This document shows positions 59,033-64,000 of a DNA stretch of 64,000 nt, in pieces. This DNA comes from an uncultured Gammaproteobacteria bacterium (GTDB lineage: Bacteria > Pseudomonadota > Gammaproteobacteria > SZUA-229). The DNA is taken from NCBI GenBank assembly GCA_963807625.1, contig CAWECN010000012.1:259583-323582 (forward strand), written 5' to 3'. The position numbers were made by a program, and so were the translations under genes. Within the stretch, counting starts at the first letter, position 1. Each line of letters begins with the position of its first letter. The notes below the pieces were generated by a model, which worked only from the letters and a program-made list of their open reading frames with translations, had not been told where the DNA came from and searched no databases.

Positions 59033-60940
59033 ATGTTTAACTTCGTCTACCTATCTCTGCAACGGGTACTTAACTGCCTGCCCGGTATCGCATTGTTACT
59101 GCCGGCCACTGCTTTTGCCAGCAATGATATCCATCTAAGAGATTCGCTTATCAATAGAGCAAAAGACGATGTCTTATGGGAAAAGATCGAATGGATGAAC
59201 CTGCTACATTACAATAAGGAAAATGATGGTTACGTCAGCCAGGTAGATGACGTACGCTTTTTTTACGCATCAGACGGCAGTGATAATCCTCGATCCGAAC
59301 TGTTCGAAACGATAAAAAATCTGTTCATCGAAAAAGATGACCATAACCAGCAAACACAATGCAGGTTTGTCGCCAGGACAAGATGGCTGGTTGACCAGCT
59401 CGATATCGACACCAATACCCTCCCTGTCGTGCGCTGTGATGAATATCTTGAATGGCGGCAACTGGTACAGGCAGATAGTGTCACCATGGTATTTCCGGCA
59501 TACCATCTCAACAGCCCCTCATCCATGTTCGGGCACACCCTGTTACGGCTGGACAACTCGGAAGACGCTCGGACAGACTGGCTGTCATACGCGGTCAATT
59601 TCGGTGCCGACATAGACAGCAGCGATAACTCGTTAATTTATGCCTATCGCGGCCTCGCTGGCGGTTACCCGGGAATCTTTATTTCTGAACCCTACTTTAA
59701 AAAGATCCAGGAATACAACCGTATTGAACACCGTGATATATGGGAATACAAATTAAACCTGACCGCGGAAGAGACCGAGAGATTGATCCAGCATCTATGG
59801 GAACTGAAAACCATAAATTTTGATTATTACTTTTTTGATGAAAACTGTTCCTACCGCCTGCTCGAACTAATAGAGGTCGCGCGTCCGGAAGTGGAGCTGA
59901 CTGATGAATTCATTGTAACAGCGATACCTGTGGATACAGTCAGGGCAATAGAACATGCCCAGCTGATCGAGTCTGCCAGTTATCGGCCGGCCATGGCAAC
60001 CGAGTTGCAGTTTATATTGGAGGGCTTATCTAAACAGCAGCGCGACATCGTGTTGAAGCTATCTGAAGATATCAAAACTTTAGATTCAGATAACTTTTTA
60101 AGACTGAGCCAAAAACAGCAAAAGACTACTGTCGATCTCGCCTATAAATACCTGCGTTACCTGAATACCGAAACATCTCGCGATCCGGTGACAGCGAAAC
60201 GCAGCTATCAATTGTTACAAAAGCTTAATAGTTATCCTGTAGATATTGATATAAGCAGGACGGTGCCAACACCTCTGCCACCGGAAAAAGGCCATAACAG
60301 TAAACGCACGACTCTAGGCCTAGGCCAGCGCCTGAACAATAATTATGCAGAGCTCGGTTTCAAGATGTCATTCCACGACCTGGAAGATAACAAAGACGGC
60401 TTCTTACAGGGAGCACAGATCAATATCGGCAGCATCAAAATCCGTGCAGAGGATAACGTCGGGCTGCGTTTATATCAGCTCGACTTCGTAGATATATTCT
60501 CATTGACACCGAGAAGCAGCTTTTTCGATCCGCTATCATGGAAGGTTTACACCGGTTTTGAAAGACAGTTCACATCGAATAAAGATCAACTGGTCTACCA
60601 TCTCAGCGGCGGTGCCGGAGGTACATGGGAAATAATAAAAAATCACCAGTTTTACGCGCTGGCGATCGGCCGCCTCGAGATCAACAAACAGTTAAAAAAC
60701 CTCATCGAACCTGCTATCGGCTTCAATACGGGCTTTCTATCGCATTTCAAACATACCACGGCACACCTCCAGTTCAGCGGCGAACAGTTCGAGGATGACG
60801 TCTATCGCCTTCGCGTGCAGTACATACAAAATTTTGCCATATCGATGAACCATTCGATCAAATTATCCGCAAAGCACCAGTGGCAGGATAAAGATACCGA
60901 TTTTTCAGATATAAACCTCAACTACCAGTATTATTTCTGA
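59033..60940 (+). CDS. DUF4105-domain protein (secreted/lipoprotein-associated)
   Basis: CRFVARTRWL...PAYHLNSPSSMFGHTLLRLD...RDIWEYKLNL...FFDENCSYRLLELI match the conserved DUF4105 blocks. 635 aa with a signal peptide. Confidence 0.65.
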   Translation: MFNFVYLSLQRVLNCLPGIALLLPATAFASNDIHLRDSLINRAKDDVLWEKIEWMNLLHYNKENDGYVSQVDDVRFFYASDGSDNPRSELFETIKNLFIEKDDHNQQTQCRFVARTRWLVDQLDIDTNTLPVVRCDEYLEWRQLVQADSVTMVFPAYHLNSPSSMFGHTLLRLDNSEDARTDWLSYAVNFGADIDSSDNSLIYAYRGLAGGYPGIFISEPYFKKIQEYNRIEHRDIWEYKLNLTAEETERLIQHLWELKTINFDYYFFDENCSYRLLELIEVARPEVELTDEFIVTAIPVDTVRAIEHAQLIESASYRPAMATELQFILEGLSKQQRDIVLKLSEDIKTLDSDNFLRLSQKQQKTTVDLAYKYLRYLNTETSRDPVTAKRSYQLLQKLNSYPVDIDISRTVPTPLPPEKGHNSKRTTLGLGQRLNNNYAELGFKMSFHDLEDNKDGFLQGAQINIGSIKIRAEDNVGLRLYQLDFVDIFSLTPRSSFFDPLSWKVYTGFERQFTSNKDQLVYHLSGGAGGTWEIIKNHQFYALAIGRLEINKQLKNLIEPAIGFNTGFLSHFKHTTAHLQFSGEQFEDDVYRLRVQYIQNFAISMNHSIKLSAKHQWQDKDTDFSDINLNYQYYF

Positions 60941-60996
60941 TCATCTCATCAGGGATAAATCATCAAAATCGCTATGAATTATTATAAAATAGCGGG

Positions 60997-62103
60997 ATGG
61001 AACTGCCGCAAATCGAAGATTATCACTCTATTTTATTAAACGATACCCCGTTACTGGATGTCCGTGCCCCCGTTGAATTTGACCAGGGAGCTTTCCCCTT
61101 CGCAAAAAACTTTCCTTTGATCAACGACCAGGAGCGGGAAGCGATAGGCATCCGCTACAAGAACCTGGGACAGGATGAAGCCATAAAGCTAGGTCACGAG
61201 CTGGTTCAGAGTGAAGCTAAATCACAGCGTGTACAACACTGGCAGGACTTCTTCGAGCAGAACCCACAAGGTGTACTCTATTGCTTTCGTGGCGGCATGC
61301 GTTCGAAGATATCGCAGCAATGGATATATGAAAAAACCGGAACAATCTATCCAAGGATCAAAGGTGGTTACAAAGCCATGCGTCGTTTTCTGATCGACGA
61401 ATTAGAGATATCCGCTCAACAGCTCAATCCGGTAATGATCGGTGGCCGAACCGGTATCGGGAAAACAGTCTTACTACAGCAACTAGATCAACAGGTCGAC
61501 CTCGAAGGCATTTATCACCACCGTGGTTCGGTATTTGGAAAACATGTCACACCACAGCCATCACAGATCGATATCGAGAACAGGTTATCTATCGAATTAC
61601 TCAAGATCCGAAACAGACAATACTCTCAGATTGTTTTAGAAGATGAAGGCACGAACATTGGCTCCAGAGCGATACCGGATATACTGTTTGCCAGGATGAA
61701 ACAGTCACCTTTAATCCTGCTGGAAGCCAGTATCGATGAACGCGTCGATATCACATTTCAGGAATATATCAGCGAATCCCTGGCCGAACACCAACGATAT
61801 AATGGTGATGAAGCAGGCTTTGAATCATGGGCTGATCAGCTACAGACATCTATCGACAAGATACAACGTCGACTTGGTGGCGTTCGTCACAAAGAACTTA
61901 AAACACTGCTCACTGATGCTATCCAGAGGCAATTATCTACAGGCGATGCAGAACGGCACAAAGACTGGATAAGATTATTACTCGTTGACTATTATGACCC
62001 GATGTATGATTTTCAAACAGAAAAAAAACTGGACAGGGTCATCTTCAGAGGTCAGAAAAACGAAGTCCTCAGTTACCTGAAAGAACATCATAAGATAACA
62101 TAA
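60997..62103 (+). CDS. selU: tRNA 2-selenouridine(34) synthase (rhodanese plus P-loop)
   Basis: Rhodanese active site YCFRGGMRS and P-loop GGRTGIGKT in YbbB/MnmH arrangement. 368 aa. Confidence 0.85.
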   Translation: MELPQIEDYHSILLNDTPLLDVRAPVEFDQGAFPFAKNFPLINDQEREAIGIRYKNLGQDEAIKLGHELVQSEAKSQRVQHWQDFFEQNPQGVLYCFRGGMRSKISQQWIYEKTGTIYPRIKGGYKAMRRFLIDELEISAQQLNPVMIGGRTGIGKTVLLQQLDQQVDLEGIYHHRGSVFGKHVTPQPSQIDIENRLSIELLKIRNRQYSQIVLEDEGTNIGSRAIPDILFARMKQSPLILLEASIDERVDITFQEYISESLAEHQRYNGDEAGFESWADQLQTSIDKIQRRLGGVRHKELKTLLTDAIQRQLSTGDAERHKDWIRLLLVDYYDPMYDFQTEKKLDRVIFRGQKNEVLSYLKEHHKIT

Positions 62104-62396
62104 ATTTTTCTGTCAGTAGCGTACCTGTTTCTTTCCTTCTATCTTCTATAATGGATCCTGTTTCATCAGTAACTGAAACCCTTGATAGTATTTTTCTGTG
62201 AGCTGTGATGGCGTATAGACATCAGTCTCGCTTTCATATAGCAGATAAAACCGGCTCTTTCTCATCATCCATAACTAGCGATGGTTTAGTAGGAGGTTGA
62301 ACTTTCGCCTGTTGTTATGAAGGGGGACATGCCAGTAACACAGATGTGATTATAGATGCAGTAAACGCGGAGGATCGCGATACTAGCCTCTCCTAA

Positions 62397-62555
62397 TTAC
62401 TCCAGATTACGCTACCTTCCGGATCAGTAACTTTAACCATGAAGTAATCAGCCGACACTCGCGCGGCATGAAGAATCGCACTGGCTTTGTTATCGTATGA
62501 TTCCAGTAATGTCCATGGTTGAGAATCATTGTTCGGTTTGTATTCCACTTTCCAC
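62397..62555 (-). CDS. Possible small protein (53 aa), unannotated short ORF
   Basis: MWKVEYKPNNDSQPWTLLESYDNKASAILHAARVSADYFMVKVTDPEGSVIWSN. It falls below the ORF-track length cutoff. There is no strong RBS. It sits in the middle of a 1-kb gene-free spacer. Confidence 0.2.
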
Positions 62556-63162
62556 ATATTTCTTCTTCCGATTTTGAAATATCACTAAATAATTCTATTT
62601 ACATACAATATTTATTTATGGTTTCGTTTTAGTGTTAAAAAATAGCTCCGGTAAAAATACAGACAAGGACAAACACAGATAACAACGTGCCTATCTCTAT
62701 TACTACTTTATCTTGCTGATTGAGTGTCCTGTATTTCATCGTTCCATCTCACGCTTTTTTTATTGACAACCTAAGTGTTGCAATGTGCATGCCAGAAAAC
62801 ATGGTCGTACAATAAATTCGGAAGATCTTAAGAAATAGAGTAATAAGGCGTAACAAAGCCCATGGTAACGACATTTCGAATCGTTCCAGAATCCCCCCAT
62901 TGCTTAGTTTGATTTCAACTGTTTTGAAATCAGCACGTCACATTAATGAAAAGTGTCATATTTCTGTCACAAGGCGTTATGGATATGTCATTTTATCGTT
63001 ATTAAGGTGATTGAAATATATAAGAGAGAAAACTGCGAGGCTGATAGACAAACAATCAAAGTGACGACATCAATCCAGGCATAAGTGATGCTCGCATGAG
63101 TATGCTGCCTCAACTATTCGCTTCATCGTATAGTTGAGCGTTATCCTATGAAAATTAGATTA

Positions 63163-64000
63163 TTAGTACAGGCCTTCGAATGACAGGTAATCGATGATAT
63201 CGCCTTTTTTAATCTCTCTACCGACGATCACTTCGACCAGGCCATCCGCCCAGCTTGCAGAAGACAGTACACCCGAACCCTGCTGTGGATACAGTTGCGC
63301 CATTACCTTGTGATCTTTGTATACCAGGCGTGCACGCAGATACTCCTGGCGTTTTATAGTCGGCCAGTCAAAATCCGCGATTACAGGCACCCGTTTCACA
63401 TGATAATCTTCCGCACCCTGTAGTTTTAAGATGAGTCCACGTGTAAAGATCAGGAATGTAACAAATACTGAAACCGGATTACCCGGTAATCCCATAAATA
63501 GAGCATCACCGACCTTACCGAACGCTACCGGCTTACCCGGTTTCATGGCAATACGCCACATCGAAAGTTCACCAAGTTCTTCCAGGGCAATACGAACATA
63601 ATCTTCTTCGCCGACAGAAACACCACCACTGGTAATGACCAGGTCAGCGCCCGCTGCGGCCTGTTTTAAAACATCGACAGTTGCATCCAGCGTGTCTGGC
63701 ACTATGCCAAGGTCAATGACATCACAGTCCATGGCCTGTAACAGACCACGGAGGGTATAGCGATTTGAATTATAGATCTGTCCAGCTGCAAGAGGCTGAC
63801 CTGGTGTTACGATCTCATCACCGGTAAAAAATGTCGCGACTTTTAACCTGCGTTTAACGTTGAACTTCGCCAGACCGACTGATGCCAGCAGACCCAGTTC
63901 CTGGGCACGTAGTCTTTTTCCAGCGCGTAAAACCGCACCACCTTTTGCGATATCTTCACCAGCACGCCGAACATTGCTGCCGGCTTTGACAACGATATTA
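63163..64000 (-). CDS. moeA: Molybdopterin molybdenumtransferase MoeA; partial, the N-terminus lies beyond the window end
   Basis: GGVSVGEEDYV, MKPGKP and GLPGNPVS motifs. The frame stays open upstream of the listed ORF's Met through to position 64000 (...LRAGKRLRAQELGLLASVGLAKFNVKRRLKVATFFTGDEIVTPGQPL...). Confidence 0.85.
   Translation of the reverse strand, partial: NIVVKAGSNVRRAGEDIAKGGAVLRAGKRLRAQELGLLASVGLAKFNVKRRLKVATFFTGDEIVTPGQPLAAGQIYNSNRYTLRGLLQAMDCDVIDLGIVPDTLDATVDVLKQAAAGADLVITSGGVSVGEEDYVRIALEELGELSMWRIAMKPGKPVAFGKVGDALFMGLPGNPVSVFVTFLIFTRGLILKLQGAEDYHVKRVPVIADFDWPTIKRQEYLRARLVYKDHKVMAQLYPQQGSGVLSSASWADGLVEVIVGREIKKGDIIDYLSFEGLY

Overview
This 64-kb window looks like chromosomal DNA from a sulfur-oxidizing gammaproteobacterium. 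That call is an inference from gene content: sat and aprBA together, putative sulfur-globule proteins, and long-form pstC/pstA. GC content is moderate. Layout, left to right:

- 1–2349: a partial large transglutaminase-like gene on the minus strand, with a divergent transglutaminase-family gene.
- 2854–7597: two hypothetical genes and a type III glutamine synthetase.
- 7.7–11.4 kb: a small accessory islet. It holds an IS30 transposase fragment, a lipoprotein with three fasciclin repeats, and an IS110-family element with a frameshifted transposase and 14-bp terminal inverted repeats.
- 11.8–13.3 kb: gnd.
- 13.7–25.0 kb: an 11–12 gene operon for a hybrid membrane complex. It combines Mrp-antiporter subunits (E, F, MbhD-like, G, B, C and a fused double MrpD module) with NuoH, NuoB, NuoC and NuoD homologues. 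The electron-transfer subunit is a 2x[4Fe-4S] ferredoxin fused to a GltD/SudA-like NAD(P)H flavoprotein. The NuoD homologue lacks every NiFe-ligating cysteine, so this is an Ehr/Mbx-like module and not a hydrogenase. A rubrerythrin-like gene follows. This operon is the most notable system in the window.
- 25.2–31 kb: pgm, a ydcH-like gene, a dksA/traR-family gene, an outer-membrane beta-barrel gene, msrA, a porin, and the first of two paralogous secreted Gly/Tyr/Asn/Trp-rich proteins (29.2 kb). The second paralog is at 43.3 kb. Both resemble sulfur globule proteins.
- 32.4–43.2 kb: a minus-strand arsR-arsC-acr3 operon, divergent from a complete Pho module (pstC-pstA-pstB-phoU-phoB-phoR-pstS) carrying two recognisable Pho boxes.
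- 44–51.4 kb: sat, then an apbE gene bracketed by two copies of a ~100-bp palindromic repeat element, a DUF971–MoaD-like fusion that lacks the C-terminal Gly-Gly, aprB and aprA, and a YkgJ-family Cys-rich protein. No aprM or qmo genes are present.
- 52–57.3 kb: an ECF sigma factor and an RseA-like anti-sigma factor whose periplasmic domain is DsrE/YchN-like. Next to them are a TlpA-like thioredoxin, a secreted DsrE-like paralog, a decayed third DsrE-like paralog, a multiply disrupted porin pseudogene and a DUF302 protein. This is the second candidate undescribed system.
- 57.3–64 kb: an alpha/beta hydrolase, a DUF3015 gene, a DUF4105 gene, selU, a 1-kb gene-poor spacer and a partial moeA.

About five REP-like copies with a GTAGGAGCGG core lie between 50.3 and 57.3 kb. 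Several clean rho-independent terminators are present. No CRISPR arrays, rRNA genes or tRNA genes were seen.
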